DNA of 53,378 nt from Candidatus Methylomirabilota bacterium (GCA_016180655.1 JACPAT010000027.1:1-53378), one strand, 5' to 3'. Shown: positions 1 through 10,266, counted from the stretch's first letter. Numbers and translations are program-made. Notes: a model not told the origin generated them from the sequence alone.

Positions 1-888
1 GCCCCCGGGGGGCCGGAAGACCTGGGCGAGTTGAGCCTGGAGGACCTCTCCACCCTCCCGCTCCCGCCCTCGACCGAGTTGCCCCCGACGGGGCTGCCGG
101 CGCTGGACCTCGAATCCCTCGACCAGCAGCCGGCCGGCGCCGCCGAGGGGGGTGCGCCGCCGCTTCCCGAGAGCCTCTCGCTGGAAGAGCTGCTATCGCC
201 GGGTCCGGCGGTCTCCTCCCCGCTCGTGGGTCTGGAACCCGTCGAGCTGGAACCGTCGCCGGATCAGCCGGTCTTCGATCTGACGGCCGAGATGGAGGCC
301 CCGTCGCTGCCCCTGGTGGAAGTGGGAACGGGCGAGCCGCCGTCGCTCTCCGTCGAGGATCTGCTGCGTCCGGTGGAGGCCGCGCCGGCCGAGCCGGGCA
401 GCGGGGGGCTTCCCGAGCTGGATCTGGAGCCGCTCTCCGGACTCGAGCCGGTGGAGGCCCCTTCGGAAGGGGATCTTTTGAGCGCGGCTGCCCCGCTGGA
501 CCTTGAGACATTTTCTCCGACCCCACAGGCGGAGGCGGAGACGATCACCGCCGAGGCCGGCCTGGCGGAGGTGAGCCTTCCCGAGGTGAACCTGCCGGTG
601 GAGCCTCCCCCGGCCCCGCCCCTCGCCCGCGCCACGGAGGCCATGCTTCCGGCGGCCGCGCCGGTGTCACTCCCCGGCGGGCTCGAGGGGCTGGCCCCGG
701 AGATGGCGGCGATGCGCCAGGCGGTCACCGAGCGCGTGGCGCACGAGCTGGCCCGGGATCTCAGCGACAAGCTGCTCGAACGGATCGAGCGGATCGTGTG
801 GGAGGTGGTCCCGGATCTCGCCGAGATCCTGATCACCAAGGAGATCGAGCGGATCCGGGCCCAGGCGGAAGGCAAGCAATCCTCCTGA
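1..888 (+). CDS. 3' part (open at the window edge) of a hypothetical acidic Pro/Leu/Glu-rich protein with a C-terminal amphipathic helical domain
   Basis: The frame is open from nt 1 to TGA 886-888. Low-complexity LDLE/LEPVE-type sequence is followed by [46 protein letters not shown]. No family recognised. Confidence 0.5.
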   Translation, partial: APGGPEDLGELSLEDLSTLPLPPSTELPPTGLPALDLESLDQQPAGAAEGGAPPLPESLSLEELLSPGPAVSSPLVGLEPVELEPSPDQPVFDLTAEMEAPSLPLVEVGTGEPPSLSVEDLLRPVEAAPAEPGSGGLPELDLEPLSGLEPVEAPSEGDLLSAAAPLDLETFSPTPQAEAETITAEAGLAEVSLPEVNLPVEPPPAPPLARATEAMLPAAAPVSLPGGLEGLAPEMAAMRQAVTERVAHELARDLSDKLLERIERIVWEVVPDLAEILITKEIERIRAQAEGKQSS

Positions 889-892
889 GTCT

Positions 893-939
893 GGACGCCG
901 AACAACGGGGATGCTGCCCTCCCTGCGAGGGCGGCGTCC
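893..939 (+). terminator. Stem-loop (GGACGCC...GGCGTCC with inner CCCTC/GAGGG) followed by CCGTTCTGCTT; possible terminator of the upstream gene
   Basis: Inverted repeats read directly from the sequence. The T-tract is weak. Its presence favours the valS start at 962 over 911. Confidence 0.35.
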
Positions 940-961
940 CCGTTCTGCTTGGGAGCATGGG

Positions 962-3772
962 ATGACCGACAGTCGCGACGTGCCTGCCGCCGAGGTTTCC
1001 GCATCCCCCGAGCCGGTGCCGCCGGCGAAGCAGGGCTACGATCCCCGCGGGGTGGAGGAGCGCTGGTACCAGTTCTGGGAGGCGCGGGGCCTGTTCCGCG
1101 CCGACGAGACCTCGGCCGCGCCGCCTTACTGCATCGTCATTCCCCCGCCCAACGTGACGGGCTCCCTGCACATGGGACACGCCCTGAACAACACCCTCCA
1201 GGATATCCTGATCCGCTGGCACCGGATGCTGGGGGACAACACGCTCTGGATGCCCGGCACGGATCACGCCGGCATCGCGACCCAGAACGTCGTGGAGCGC
1301 CAGCTCCAGCAGGAGGGCCTCAGCCGGGATCAGCTCGGTCGGGAGGCGTTCATCCAGCGCGTCTGGCGCTGGAAGGATGCCTCGGGCGGGACCATCATCC
1401 GCCAGCTCAAGCGCCTGGGGGCCTCCTGCGACTGGGCGCGGGAGCGGTTCACCATGGATCCGGGCCTGTCGGAGGCGGTGAAGGAGGTCTTCTGCCAGCT
1501 CTACGAGGGCGGGCTCGTGTACCGGGGCGACTACATCATCAACTGGTGTCCCCGCTGCCGGACGGCGCTCTCGGACCTGGAGGTGGAATACCAGGAGCGG
1601 GACGGCAGGCTCTGGCACATCCGGTACCCCCTGGCCTCCGGCAACGGCGGGGTGGTGGTGGCGACGACCCGGCCCGAGACCATGCTGGGGGACACGGCCG
1701 TGGCGGTGCATCCCGAAGACCAGCGCTATGCCCGGCTGGTGGGGCAGCGGGTCATCCTTCCCCTCGTGGACCGGGAGATCCCGGTCATCGCCGATAGTTA
1801 TGTGGACCAGGCCTTCGGCACCGGCCTGGTGAAGGTGACGCCCGCGCACGATCCCAAGGACTTCGAATGCGGCCTGCGCCACAGCCTCCCCCAGATCAAG
1901 GTCATCGCGGATGACGGCCGCATGAACGAGAACGCCGGGCGCTACCGGGGCCTGGACCGGTTCGCCTGCCGGGACCGGGTCGTGAAGGACCTGCAGCAGC
2001 TCGGCCTCCTCACGAAGGTGGAGGACCATCGCCACGCCGTGGGGCACTGCTACCGGTGCCAGACGGTGGTGGAGCCGACCCTGTCGCGCCAGTGGTTCGT
2101 TCGCATGCGGCCGCTGGCCGAGCCGGCCATGCGGGCGGTGGAGACGGGGCGGATCCGGATCATCCCCTCGCAGTGGGAGCGGACCTATTACGAGTGGATG
2201 CGGAACATCCGGGACTGGTGCGTGTCCCGCCAGATCTGGTGGGGGCACCGGATCCCGGCCTGGTACTGCGACCCCTGCGGGGAGATCATCGTCTCCCGGA
2301 CCGTCCCCGCGGCCTGCCCGCGCTGCGGGAAGGGGGACCTGCGTCAGGAGACCGACGTCCTGGACACCTGGTTCAGCTCGGGCCTGTGGCCCTTCTCCAC
2401 CCTGGGCTGGCCCGAGCGCACGCAGGCGCTCCGCGTCTACTACCCGACCGCCTGCCTGGTGACGGGCTTCGACATCCTGTTCTTCTGGGTGGCCCGGATG
2501 ATCATGCTGGGCCTCCGCTTCATGGGGGACGGCCCCTTCCGCGAGGTGGTCATCCACGGCCTGATCCGGGACGAGCAGGGCGAGAAGATGTCCAAGACGC
2601 GGGGCAACGTCATCGACCCGCTGCACGTGATCCACGGCGCCACCCTGGACGAGCTGCTGGCGGGCGCCCGGGCCGGCGGGGCGCCGCCCGCGGCCCTGGA
2701 GAGCCTCCGGCGACAGTACCCCGAGGGGTTCCCGGCCTTCGGGGCGGACGCCCTGCGGTTCACGCTGGCCGCGCTGGCGAGCCAGGGGAGCGACGTCAAG
2801 CTCTCCGTCAAGCGTATCGAAGGCTACCGGTTCTTCTGCAACAAGATCTGGAATGCCTACCGGTTCGTGGCCGCCCACCTTCGCGAAGCGGAGAGCGGGG
2901 AAACGGGCCTGGGGGACCTCGCGCTGACGCTGCCGGATCGCTGGATCCTCAGCCGGCTCACGGAGGTGATCCAGGGGGTTACGGACGCGCTGCGGACGTA
3001 CCGGTTCAACGACGCCGCCTCCATCCTCTATCAGTTCCTGTGGCACGAGTACTGCGACTGGTACCTGGAGATCGTGAAGAACCGGCTGGCGGCGGCCGAG
3101 GATCCGGCGTCGGCCCGGGCGGGGCGGGTGCTGCTGGTCCACGTCCTGGAGCAGTCCCTGCGGCTCCTGCACCCGATGATGCCCTTCATCACCGAGGAGA
3201 TCTGGCAGCGTCTCCCGCACACGGGGGAGAGCATCATGCTGGCGCCCTGGCCAGAGGCCGATGCCGCCCTCAGCTGGCCGGACGCCGTGGAGACCATGGG
3301 GACCCTCATGGAGATCACCCGCGAGGTGCGGAACATCCGGTCGAGCTACAACATCCCCCCGGGGAAGCGCCTGGCCCTCACCCTGCGGACCTCCAGCCCG
3401 GGCCAGGATGCCGCCCTGCAGCTCTGCCAGGAATATCTGACCAGCCTGGCCAGGCTGGCGCGGCTGACCTGGGGACACGACGTGGCCAGGCCGAACCTGG
3501 CGGCCACCGCCGTCATCCGGGGCATCGAGGTGCACGTCCCCCTGGAAGATCTGATTGACCTGCAGGAGGAGAGCGAGCGGCTGACCCGGGAGTTGGCCAA
3601 GGTGGACCAGGCGCTGGAGCGGGTCACCCGGAAGCTCCAGAACGAAGAGTTCCTGGGCAGGGCGCCGGCGGCCGTCGTGAGCCGGGAGAAGGCCACCCGG
3701 GCGGAACTCCAGGATGCCCGGGCGAAGCTCCGGGAGGGCCTGGAACGGATCGAGGCGCACCTGAAACGCTGA
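962..3772 (+). CDS. valS: Valine--tRNA ligase
   Basis: Class I HIGH motif ([14 protein letters not shown]) and KMSKS motif (KMSKTRGN), zinc-knuckle CP1 region and C-terminal coiled coil. ATG 962 (MTDSRDV) preferred; 911 is the alternative. Confidence 0.95.
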   Translation: MTDSRDVPAAEVSASPEPVPPAKQGYDPRGVEERWYQFWEARGLFRADETSAAPPYCIVIPPPNVTGSLHMGHALNNTLQDILIRWHRMLGDNTLWMPGTDHAGIATQNVVERQLQQEGLSRDQLGREAFIQRVWRWKDASGGTIIRQLKRLGASCDWARERFTMDPGLSEAVKEVFCQLYEGGLVYRGDYIINWCPRCRTALSDLEVEYQERDGRLWHIRYPLASGNGGVVVATTRPETMLGDTAVAVHPEDQRYARLVGQRVILPLVDREIPVIADSYVDQAFGTGLVKVTPAHDPKDFECGLRHSLPQIKVIADDGRMNENAGRYRGLDRFACRDRVVKDLQQLGLLTKVEDHRHAVGHCYRCQTVVEPTLSRQWFVRMRPLAEPAMRAVETGRIRIIPSQWERTYYEWMRNIRDWCVSRQIWWGHRIPAWYCDPCGEIIVSRTVPAACPRCGKGDLRQETDVLDTWFSSGLWPFSTLGWPERTQALRVYYPTACLVTGFDILFFWVARMIMLGLRFMGDGPFREVVIHGLIRDEQGEKMSKTRGNVIDPLHVIHGATLDELLAGARAGGAPPAALESLRRQYPEGFPAFGADALRFTLAALASQGSDVKLSVKRIEGYRFFCNKIWNAYRFVAAHLREAESGETGLGDLALTLPDRWILSRLTEVIQGVTDALRTYRFNDAASILYQFLWHEYCDWYLEIVKNRLAAAEDPASARAGRVLLVHVLEQSLRLLHPMMPFITEEIWQRLPHTGESIMLAPWPEADAALSWPDAVETMGTLMEITREVRNIRSSYNIPPGKRLALTLRTSSPGQDAALQLCQEYLTSLARLARLTWGHDVARPNLAATAVIRGIEVHVPLEDLIDLQEESERLTRELAKVDQALERVTRKLQNEEFLGRAPAAVVSREKATRAELQDARAKLREGLERIEAHLKR

Positions 3773-3780
3773 CAGGAGTA

Positions 3781-3893
3781 GCCGTCAGCAGTCAGCGGTC
3801 AGCAAGCGGGGGCCAGGGATCAGGGGCCGGGGTTCGATCCTCCCCAACCCCTAGCCCCCAGCCCCTAATCCCCGGAATGGTGGCTGACGGCTG
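3781..3893. repeat. Nested tandem-heptamer hairpin. Outer arms are GCNGTCA units (3781-3803) against GCTGACGGC (3879-3893). Inner arms are G-tract heptamers (3808-3836) against C-tract heptamers (3842-3873).
   Basis: Units GCCGTCA GCAGTCA GCGGTCA, then GGGGCCA GGGATCA GGGGCCG GGGTTCG, mirrored by CCCCAAC CCCTAGC CCCCAGC CCCTAAT. Confidence 0.8.
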
Positions 3894-3901
3894 TGTGTGG
3901 C

Positions 3902-4699
3902 ATGTCGATTCCACCGGACCTCGACCCGGCCAAGATCCAGGCTGCCCTCCGATCACGACTGATCGGCCGCCCGCTGGAGGTGGTGGAAGAGATCGGCTCG
4001 ACCAACGATGCGGCCCTGGCGGCCGGCCGCTCCGGGGCGCCCGAGGGATTCGCCGTCCTGGCGAATCGGCAGACGGCCGGCCGGGGACGCCGGGGACGGG
4101 CGTGGGCGTCGCCGCCCGGGGTGGGCCTCTACACCTCGGTCCTGCTGCGACCCCTGCAGCCGCCGGGCTGGATCCCGCTTCTCACCCTGGTCGCAGGTCT
4201 CGCCGTGAGCGAGGCGATCCGGGAAGTCGCCGGGCTGGAGCCCCTGCTGAAGTGGCCCAACGACGTCCTGGTGCACGGGCGCAAGGTGGCCGGCATCCTC
4301 ACCGAGATGGCCAGCCTGGACGCCCGGGTGAGCTACCTCGCGGTGGGCATGGGGGTCAATGTGAACCACGGGGCGCCGGACCTGCCGGAGGATCTCCTCC
4401 CGGTCGCAACGTCCCTGCGCCTGGCGAGCGGCCGGACCATCCCACGGTGTGATCTGGCCGTGGCGCTGTACAACAGCATGGATCGGTGGTATCAGGTGTT
4501 CCGCCAGGGGCAGACCGGGACGATCCTGGCACACGGCCGGCAGCGAAGTGCGACCCTGGGGAAATCCGTGGACGTGCTCGCCGGGGAGGAGCGATGGCGA
4601 GGCCGGGCGGTGGACCTGGATGCCGACGGCGCCCTGCTGGTTCAGGAGGAGGGGGGCGCCGTCCGCCGGGTGCAGGCCGGCGACGTCTCTATCCGATAA
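3902..4699 (+). CDS. birA: Biotin--[acetyl-CoA-carboxylase] ligase, apparently without an N-terminal HTH domain
   Basis: GRGRRGRAW biotin-binding signature and KWPNDV motif. ATG 3902 (MSIPPDL); in-frame GTG 3893 is the alternative. Confidence 0.85.
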   Translation: MSIPPDLDPAKIQAALRSRLIGRPLEVVEEIGSTNDAALAAGRSGAPEGFAVLANRQTAGRGRRGRAWASPPGVGLYTSVLLRPLQPPGWIPLLTLVAGLAVSEAIREVAGLEPLLKWPNDVLVHGRKVAGILTEMASLDARVSYLAVGMGVNVNHGAPDLPEDLLPVATSLRLASGRTIPRCDLAVALYNSMDRWYQVFRQGQTGTILAHGRQRSATLGKSVDVLAGEERWRGRAVDLDADGALLVQEEGGAVRRVQAGDVSIR

Positions 4700-4705
4700 C
4701 ATGAA

Positions 4706-4781
4706 ACGGCATATGGCGTATGGCGTATCGCTGATGGTTCGGGCTCGACCATACGCCATAGGCCACGAGTCATACGCAGTC
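4706..4781. repeat. Tandem-heptamer hairpin, unit ATGGCGT against CGCCATA
   Basis: ACGGCAT ATGGCGT ATGGCGT ATCGCTG ATGGTTC, short spacer, then GACCATA CGCCATA GGCCACG AGTCATA. Several pairing registers are possible. Confidence 0.8.
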
Positions 4782-4846
4782 TTGGTTGCTTTCCCATGAT
4801 TCCCGGCTGGCACCCAGGCCCAAATCCGGCAAGGGGCGGATGACAG

Positions 4847-5611
4847 GTGTTACTGGCGCTGGACGTCGGCAACACGAACACGGTCATCGGCGTCTTCGAC
4901 GACAAGGCGCTCCTGACCCACTGGCGCCTGTCCACGCGGCGCGAGGGGACGCGCGACGAATACGCCATGCTCATCAGGGGCCTCTTCGACTTCGCCGGGC
5001 TGGCGTTCCAGGGGGTGTCGGCGGTCATCATCTCCTCGGTGGTTCCGCCGCTCCAGGGTCCCCTGGAGGAGATGGCCCGGCAGTACTTCGGGGTCGAGCC
5101 GATGGTCGTGGGCCCGGGGATCAAGACCGGCATGCCGATCCTGTACGAGTCCCCCAGGGACGTCGGGGCCGACCGGATCGTGAACGCCGTGGCGGCCTTC
5201 GAGGCCTACGGCGGGCCCTGCATCGTGGTGGATTTCGGGACGGCGACCACCTTCGACGCCATCTCGGTGCGGGGCGAGTACCTGGGCGGCGCGATCTGTC
5301 CGGGGATCGGGATCTCGTCCGAGGCGCTCTTCCAGCACGCGGCCAAGCTCCCGCGGGTGGATATCACCCGGCCCAAGGTCATCATCGGCAAGAACACGGT
5401 GGGCAGCATGCAGGCGGGGCTGTTCTTCGGGTACCTGAGCCTGGTGGAGGGGATCGTCGCCCGCATGCGGGCCGAATTGGGCGGTCGGGCCGCCGTGGTC
5501 GCCACGGGCGGCCTGGCAGAGCTCCTCCTCACCGAGTCCACGGCGGTGGATCACGTGGACCCCCTCCTCACCCTCACGGGCCTCCGCATCCTCTTCGAGC
5601 GCAACCAGTAG
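4847..5611 (+). CDS. coaX: Type III pantothenate kinase
   Basis: N-terminal LLALDVGNTNTVIGVF and ASKHA-fold motifs. GTG start. Confidence 0.9.
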   Translation: MLLALDVGNTNTVIGVFDDKALLTHWRLSTRREGTRDEYAMLIRGLFDFAGLAFQGVSAVIISSVVPPLQGPLEEMARQYFGVEPMVVGPGIKTGMPILYESPRDVGADRIVNAVAAFEAYGGPCIVVDFGTATTFDAISVRGEYLGGAICPGIGISSEALFQHAAKLPRVDITRPKVIIGKNTVGSMQAGLFFGYLSLVEGIVARMRAELGGRAAVVATGGLAELLLTESTAVDHVDPLLTLTGLRILFERNQ

Positions 5612-5646
5612 CCACCCCCGATTTCACTCTGTGGGTCCCGGCTTTT

Positions 5647-5681
5647 CCCCAACCCCCAACCCCTGACCCACGTCCCCCGTC
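5647..5681 (+). repeat. One-armed heptamer array CCCCAAC x2, CCCTGAC, CCACGTC, CCCCGTC (the C-tract strand; G-tracts lie on the minus strand)
   Basis: Five units in register between the convergent coaX and hydratase genes. The last unit overlaps the hydratase stop codon. Confidence 0.7.
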
Positions 5682-6447
5682 ATTTCCCCTTGGCGGCCTG
5701 CTCGGCACGGAAGGCGGCCATGGCAGCCTCGTGCTCCGGGGAGGTGAGACACGCCTGCTGGGCGGGGATGAAGGCTTGCATGAACTGGGTGAAGTCGGTC
5801 TGGAACGCCAGATTGGAGAGCCGCTTGATGTGGATCAGGCTGGTGTGGGGGACCGCCAGGAACCGTTCTGCCATGGCCAGGCAGCTGGCCTCCAGCTCCG
5901 CCCGGGGGACCACGGCGTTCACCAGGCCGATCTCCAGGGCGCGGCGCGCGCCGACCGTATCGCCGAGCAGGAGGAGTTCGCGGGCACGGCCCATCCCGAT
6001 GAGGCGGGGGAGCCGGTAGGTCCCCAGGCCGGGGATCAGGCACTCCTTGACGGCGGGCAGCCCCAGGATCGCGTCGTCCGCGGCGATCCGCAGGTCGCAG
6101 GCGAGGGCGATCTGCAGGCCACCGCCGAGACAATAGCCGTGGATGCCGCAGAGGACGGCCTTGTCGCAGTTCTCCAGGATGTCCCACAGGGACTCGATGT
6201 CCGTGAAGAAGACGGGGTCCAGGCGGCCGCTGGAGAGGGCCTTGAGGTCCACCCCGGCGCAGAAGGCGCGGCCCGTGCCGGTCAGGATGGCCACCCGAAC
6301 CTTCCGATCGTCCCGCAGGGTGTGGACCGCCTCGGTCAGGTCGGCCAGAAAGGTCATGTCCTCGGCGTTGAGGACCTCGGGCCGGTTCAGCGTGATGCGC
6401 GCGATAGGGCCCTCTCTGCGATACAGCACCGTCCGCTCCGTGGCCAT
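5680..6447 (-). CDS. Enoyl-CoA hydratase/isomerase (crotonase) family protein
   Basis: RITLNRPEVLNA, FCAGVDLK and GYCLGGGLQIALACD crotonase motifs. Start taken at MATERTV (6447). The longer ORF reaching 6558 would run over the rplM promoter. Confidence 0.85.
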   Translation of the reverse strand: MATERTVLYRREGPIARITLNRPEVLNAEDMTFLADLTEAVHTLRDDRKVRVAILTGTGRAFCAGVDLKALSSGRLDPVFFTDIESLWDILENCDKAVLCGIHGYCLGGGLQIALACDLRIAADDAILGLPAVKECLIPGLGTYRLPRLIGMGRARELLLLGDTVGARRALEIGLVNAVVPRAELEASCLAMAERFLAVPHTSLIHIKRLSNLAFQTDFTQFMQAFIPAQQACLTSPEHEAAMAAFRAEQAAKGK

Positions 6448-6551
6448 GCCTGTCCTCCCGTGTGGCGGCGTTGTGTGTGGGGCGCATTCAGGAAACCGGC
6501 GAGAGTCTACGGTACGGAACTCGGGTCTGTAAAGCCGATGGGACATTTCCC

Positions 6552-6580
6552 TTGACAAATCGGCGCTCTCTCCATATGTT
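6552..6580 (+). promoter_or_regulatory. Sigma70-type promoter for rplM-rpsI: TTGACA, 17 nt spacer, TATGTT
   Basis: -35 at 6552-6557 and -10 at 6575-6580, with a 17-nt spacer, ~60 nt upstream of the rplM ATG. Confidence 0.6.
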
Positions 6581-6639
6581 TACGCGGTTCCGGAGGGCAC
6601 ATTCGTCCCCCACCACTCTGCATGAGGACTCGTGACTTC

Positions 6640-7074
6640 ATGAAGACGTATCAACCCAAGGCGGGAGAGATCAACCGCGGCTGGGTCCTGGTGGACGCCC
6701 AGGGGCAGATCCTGGGGCGCCTGGCGTGCCGGGTGGCCATGCTCCTGCGCGGAAAAGGCAAGCCGGTCTTCGCCCCCCACCTGGATATCGGGGACTTCGT
6801 GGTCGTCATCAACGCCGAAAAGGTGGCGGTGACCGGCCGGAAGCTCCGCCAGAAGGAGTACTATCATCATTCCCAGTATCCCGGGGGCCTGAAGACCATC
6901 ACGCTGGAGAAACTGCTCCGGCAGAAGCCGGAGCGCGTTCTGGAGAAGGCGGTGCGGGGGATGCTCCCCAAGAACAAGTTGGGCGACGCCCTCTTCGGGA
7001 AACTCAAGGTCTACGCCGGCCCCACGCATCCCCATGTGTCGCAGCGGCCGGTGCCTCTGGCGGCCGCGACGTAG
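6640..7074 (+). CDS. rplM: 50S ribosomal protein L13
   Basis: [20 protein letters not shown]... is a typical L13 N-terminus. Confidence 0.95.
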   Translation: MKTYQPKAGEINRGWVLVDAQGQILGRLACRVAMLLRGKGKPVFAPHLDIGDFVVVINAEKVAVTGRKLRQKEYYHHSQYPGGLKTITLEKLLRQKPERVLEKAVRGMLPKNKLGDALFGKLKVYAGPTHPHVSQRPVPLAAAT

Positions 7075-7094
7075 CCCAAGGAGACGAGGCAGGC

Positions 7095-7490
7095 ATGGAG
7101 ACGACGGTGCGCGCCTACGGGACGGGACGCCGGAAGAATTCCGTGGCGCGGGTGTGGTTGCGGCCGGGCGAGGGCAAGATCCAGGTGAACGACCGTCCGG
7201 TGGATGAGTTCTTTCCGCGGCCCACATTGACGATGCTCCTGGCCCAACCCCTCAAGGTGGTCGGTGTGGAGGGGAAGTTCGACGTCCTGGCCACCGTGAG
7301 CGGCGGCGGGACCAGCGGCCAGGCAGGGGCGATTCGCCTGGGGATCGCACGGGCCCTGGTGCGGCTGGACGAGGCCATGCGGTCCGCGTTGAAGAAGGCG
7401 GGCCTGCTCACCCGGGATCCCCGAGTGAAGGAGCGAAAGAAGTACGGTCAGAAGGGCGCGCGGGCCCGGTTCCAGTTCTCCAAACGGTAA
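7095..7490 (+). CDS. rpsI: 30S ribosomal protein S9
   Basis: [15 protein letters not shown]... and the C-terminal ...[16 protein letters not shown]. Confidence 0.95.
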   Translation: METTVRAYGTGRRKNSVARVWLRPGEGKIQVNDRPVDEFFPRPTLTMLLAQPLKVVGVEGKFDVLATVSGGGTSGQAGAIRLGIARALVRLDEAMRSALKKAGLLTRDPRVKERKKYGQKGARARFQFSKR

Positions 7491-7510
7491 CCGTTTCGCC
7501 GTGACGGACG

Positions 7511-7541
7511 GGGAAGGGCCTCCGGGTTCTTCCCTTTTTTT
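7511..7541 (+). terminator. Canonical intrinsic terminator after rpsI
   Basis: GGGAAGGGCC-TCCG-GGGTTCTTCCC stem followed by a T7 run. Confidence 0.8.
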
Positions 7542-7617
7542 GTGCCTGCGGCCGGATGACCCCGGCCCCCCTGGTGAGACGGGCGGGGCAGGCGACAGCA
7601 GGACGGGAGTAGGCAGC

Positions 7618-8685
7618 ATGGCCGGCACAGTCAAACACGAGAAGATCCGCCGCGTGGCCATCGCCGGGGCCAGCGGCTACACGGGGGTGGAGTTGCTCCG
7701 TCTTCTCCTTCAACATCCCCTGACCAAGGTCGTCGCCCTCACCGCCGAGGCCCACGCGAACCAGCCCATCGGCAAGGTCTTCCCCAGCCTGGCGGGGTTC
7801 CTGGATCTCACGTGCCTGCCGCTGGACACGGCCAAGCTGGCCGCGGAGGCGGAATTCGTGTTCCTCGGCCTGCCCCACAAGACCTCCATGGCGGTGGGGG
7901 CAGACCTGATCCAGCGGGGCACGCGGGTGCTGGACCTGTCCGCCGATTACCGCCTGAAAGACGCGGCGGCCTACCCGCGCTGGTATGGCGTGGAGCACGT
8001 CGCCCCGCACCTGCTGAAGGAGGCCGCCTACGGCCTGCCGGAACTGCACCGGGCCGAGATCGCTGCGGCCCGCCTGGTGGCCGTGCCGGGGTGCTATCCC
8101 ACCGGCGCCGTGCTGGGCCTGGCCCCCCTCATCGCCGAGGGGCTGGTGGACCCGGATTCCGTGCTGATCGACGCCATCTCCGGCGTGTCGGGAGCGGGGC
8201 GGAAGGCCGAATTGCCGTATCATTACTCCGAGGCCAACGAGAACCTCAAGGCGTACGGGGTGGCCAGCCACCGGCACACCCCCGAGATCGAGCAAGAGCT
8301 GTCGCGCCTGGCCGGCCGCGAGGTCACGGTGTCCTTCACGCCGCACCTGGCCCCGCTCACCCGGGGGATCCTGACCACCATCACGGCGTCGCTGCAGAGC
8401 TGGCGGTCGGCCGCGGACCTCGTGCCGGTGTACCGGAGCTTCTACCGCGAGGCTCCGTTCGTCCGCGTCCTTCCAGAAGGGCAGCTTCCGGAGACGAAGC
8501 AGGTCCTGCACTCGAACCTCTGCGATGTCGGGCTGGTCTCCGACCCCAGGACGGGGCGGGTCATCGTGGTGACCGCCATCGACAACCTGGTCAAGGGGGC
8601 CTCCGGACAGGCCGTGCAATGTTTCAACCTGATGGCCGGCCTGGATGAGCGGGCCGGTCTCTGGATCCCGGGTCTCTTCCCGTAA
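7618..8685 (+). CDS. argC: N-acetyl-gamma-glutamyl-phosphate reductase
   Basis: IAGASGYTG Rossmann motif and the catalytic PGCYPT motif. ATG at 7618. Confidence 0.93.
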   Translation: MAGTVKHEKIRRVAIAGASGYTGVELLRLLLQHPLTKVVALTAEAHANQPIGKVFPSLAGFLDLTCLPLDTAKLAAEAEFVFLGLPHKTSMAVGADLIQRGTRVLDLSADYRLKDAAAYPRWYGVEHVAPHLLKEAAYGLPELHRAEIAAARLVAVPGCYPTGAVLGLAPLIAEGLVDPDSVLIDAISGVSGAGRKAELPYHYSEANENLKAYGVASHRHTPEIEQELSRLAGREVTVSFTPHLAPLTRGILTTITASLQSWRSAADLVPVYRSFYREAPFVRVLPEGQLPETKQVLHSNLCDVGLVSDPRTGRVIVVTAIDNLVKGASGQAVQCFNLMAGLDERAGLWIPGLFP

Positions 8686-8733
8686 CTCAGCGGGCCGGAA
8701 CCAAACAGGACACACCTTCAAGGTGAGGACACC

Positions 8734-9960
8734 GTGACAGCGACAGACGCATACCTCTTCGGGATTCCCGGCGGGCTCTCCGCGGTCAAGGGGGTCCGGT
8801 CGGCGGGCGTCTCCTGCGGCCTGAAGCGGAGCGGCGCCCCAGACCTGGCCCTGGTCGTGTCGGATACGCCCGCGACGGTGGCGGCGACCTTCACCACGAA
8901 CCGGGTGCAGGCCGCGCCGGTCCAGATCTCGCGGCGGAAACTCCGGGGAGGCAAGTTCGCGGCCATCGTCCTCAACAGCGGGAACGCCAACTGTTGCTCG
9001 GGGCGGCAAGGGCTCGCGGATGCCGAGGCGACGGCCCAGGAAGTGGCCCGGGCGGTGAAGCGGCCGGCCGGCCAGGTCTTCGTGGCGTCCACCGGCGTCA
9101 TCGGGAAGCCGCTGGACATGGCGGCCATCCGGGCGGGGATCACCCAGGCCGTGGCTCGGCTGGAGGCCGCCGGAGGGCAGGAGGCGGCCCAGGCGATCCT
9201 CACCACGGACACCACGGCCAAGGAAGCTGCGGTCACCTTTGCGGTGGGGAAGCGGCGGGTCACCATCGGGGGCATGGCCAAGGGATCGGGCATGATCGCC
9301 CCGCGAATGGCCACCATGCTGGCGGTCCTGGCCACGGACGCGGCAGTGGGAGCGGCCACCCTCCAACGGGCCCTGCGGGTGGCGGTGAACGGGAGCTTCA
9401 ACTGCATCACCGTGGATGGGGACACCAGCACCAACGATATGGTGCTGTGCTTCGCCAACGGCGCCTCGGGCGCGCCCGCGCTTCGCGGGGGCACGACGGC
9501 CCTCCGGACGTTCCAGGCCGCGTTGGAGATGGTATGCCTCTGCCTGGCGAAGATGATCGCGCGTGACGGGGAGGGGGCGACCAAACTTGTGGAGGTCCGG
9601 ATCACCGGCGCGCGCACGCCCAGAGAGGCCCGCCTGGCGGCCGAGGCGGTGGCCAATTCCCCCCTGGTCAAGACCACGTTCTTCGGGGAGGACATCAACT
9701 GGGGGCGGGTGATGGCCGCGTTGGGGAGGTCCGGTGCCCGCTTCGATCCCGGGGCAGTCGATCTGGCGGTGGATGACCTGCCAGTGGTGGAGGGCGGTGT
9801 CGGCCTCGGGCCTAGCAGCGAGGCGGCTGTGAACCACCGGCTGCGGCAGCCGGAATACGCCCTCGTGGCGCATCTGCACGCGGGTCGCGCGTCGGCGCGG
9901 ATGTGGGCCACCGACCTCTCCGAAGCCTACGTGCGGATCAACGCAGGATACCGGACGTAA
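8734..9960 (+). CDS. argJ: Bifunctional ornithine acetyltransferase / N-acetylglutamate synthase
   Basis: ArgJ family, with the autoproteolytic ATML site (PRMATMLAVLATDA). GTG start. Confidence 0.93.
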   Translation: MTATDAYLFGIPGGLSAVKGVRSAGVSCGLKRSGAPDLALVVSDTPATVAATFTTNRVQAAPVQISRRKLRGGKFAAIVLNSGNANCCSGRQGLADAEATAQEVARAVKRPAGQVFVASTGVIGKPLDMAAIRAGITQAVARLEAAGGQEAAQAILTTDTTAKEAAVTFAVGKRRVTIGGMAKGSGMIAPRMATMLAVLATDAAVGAATLQRALRVAVNGSFNCITVDGDTSTNDMVLCFANGASGAPALRGGTTALRTFQAALEMVCLCLAKMIARDGEGATKLVEVRITGARTPREARLAAEAVANSPLVKTTFFGEDINWGRVMAALGRSGARFDPGAVDLAVDDLPVVEGGVGLGPSSEAAVNHRLRQPEYALVAHLHAGRASARMWATDLSEAYVRINAGYRT

Positions 9961-9980
9961 CGGCACAATGCGTTCGGGGC

Positions 9981-10022
9981 ACCCACGCCACAGCGGTGGG
10001 TATCCACCGCGGTGCCGTGGGT
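9981..10022. repeat. Hairpin built from CCAC/GTGG-containing ~7-nt units
   Basis: ACCCACG CCACAGCGGTGG gtat CCACCGCGGTGC CGTGGGT. The arms are complementary with two mismatches. Confidence 0.7.
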
Positions 10023-10027
10023 CCCGA

Positions 10028-10090
10028 CGGTTCGGGTGTTCGGGCGTTCAAGAACCACCGGACCACCGAACCCTCGAACGCCCGAACGCC
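10028..10090. repeat. Octamer hairpin of the GTTCGGNN / NNCCGAAC family
   Basis: GTTCGGGT GTTCGGGC GTTCA..., then GAACCACC GGACCACC GAACCCTC GAACGCCC GAACGCC. Confidence 0.8.
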
Positions 10091-10102
10091 CTTGGATAGA
10101 CC

Positions 10103-10131
10103 TTGCTGGTCCCGGATCGGTGTGATATAAG
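10103..10131 (+). promoter_or_regulatory. Candidate sigma70 promoter for rpsB-tsf: TTGCTG, 17 nt spacer, TGa-TATAAG (extended -10)
   Basis: Hexamers and spacing read from the sequence, ~135 nt upstream of the rpsB ATG. Confidence 0.5.
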
Positions 10132-10266
10132 CGGCGCAGGTCCGCCATGTGCGCGGACCGAATTCACACGCGCGCGGATTTCCTCGGAGGTGTCCCACTC
10201 TGAAGCGGGATTCCGGGGGGACGTGAGGCGCGCGGCGGATCAACCTGGACAGGAGGGAACCGTCTC

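Noticed and set aside
833-3760. 975-aa ORF antisense to valS
   Set aside because: It lies entirely opposite an unambiguous valS. The Arg/Pro/Gly/His-rich composition is typical of stop-free antisense frames in GC-rich DNA. No recognisable motifs.
3829-3846. GGTTCGATCC, reminiscent of a tRNA T-loop
   Set aside because: The flanks do not form a T-stem or an acceptor stem, and no D or anticodon arm could be built. The motif is simply the junction of the G-tract and C-tract heptamer arms.
7408-9966. 852-aa ORF antisense to argC and argJ
   Set aside because: It lies opposite two well-supported genes, has an Arg/Gly/Pro-rich composition and no motifs.
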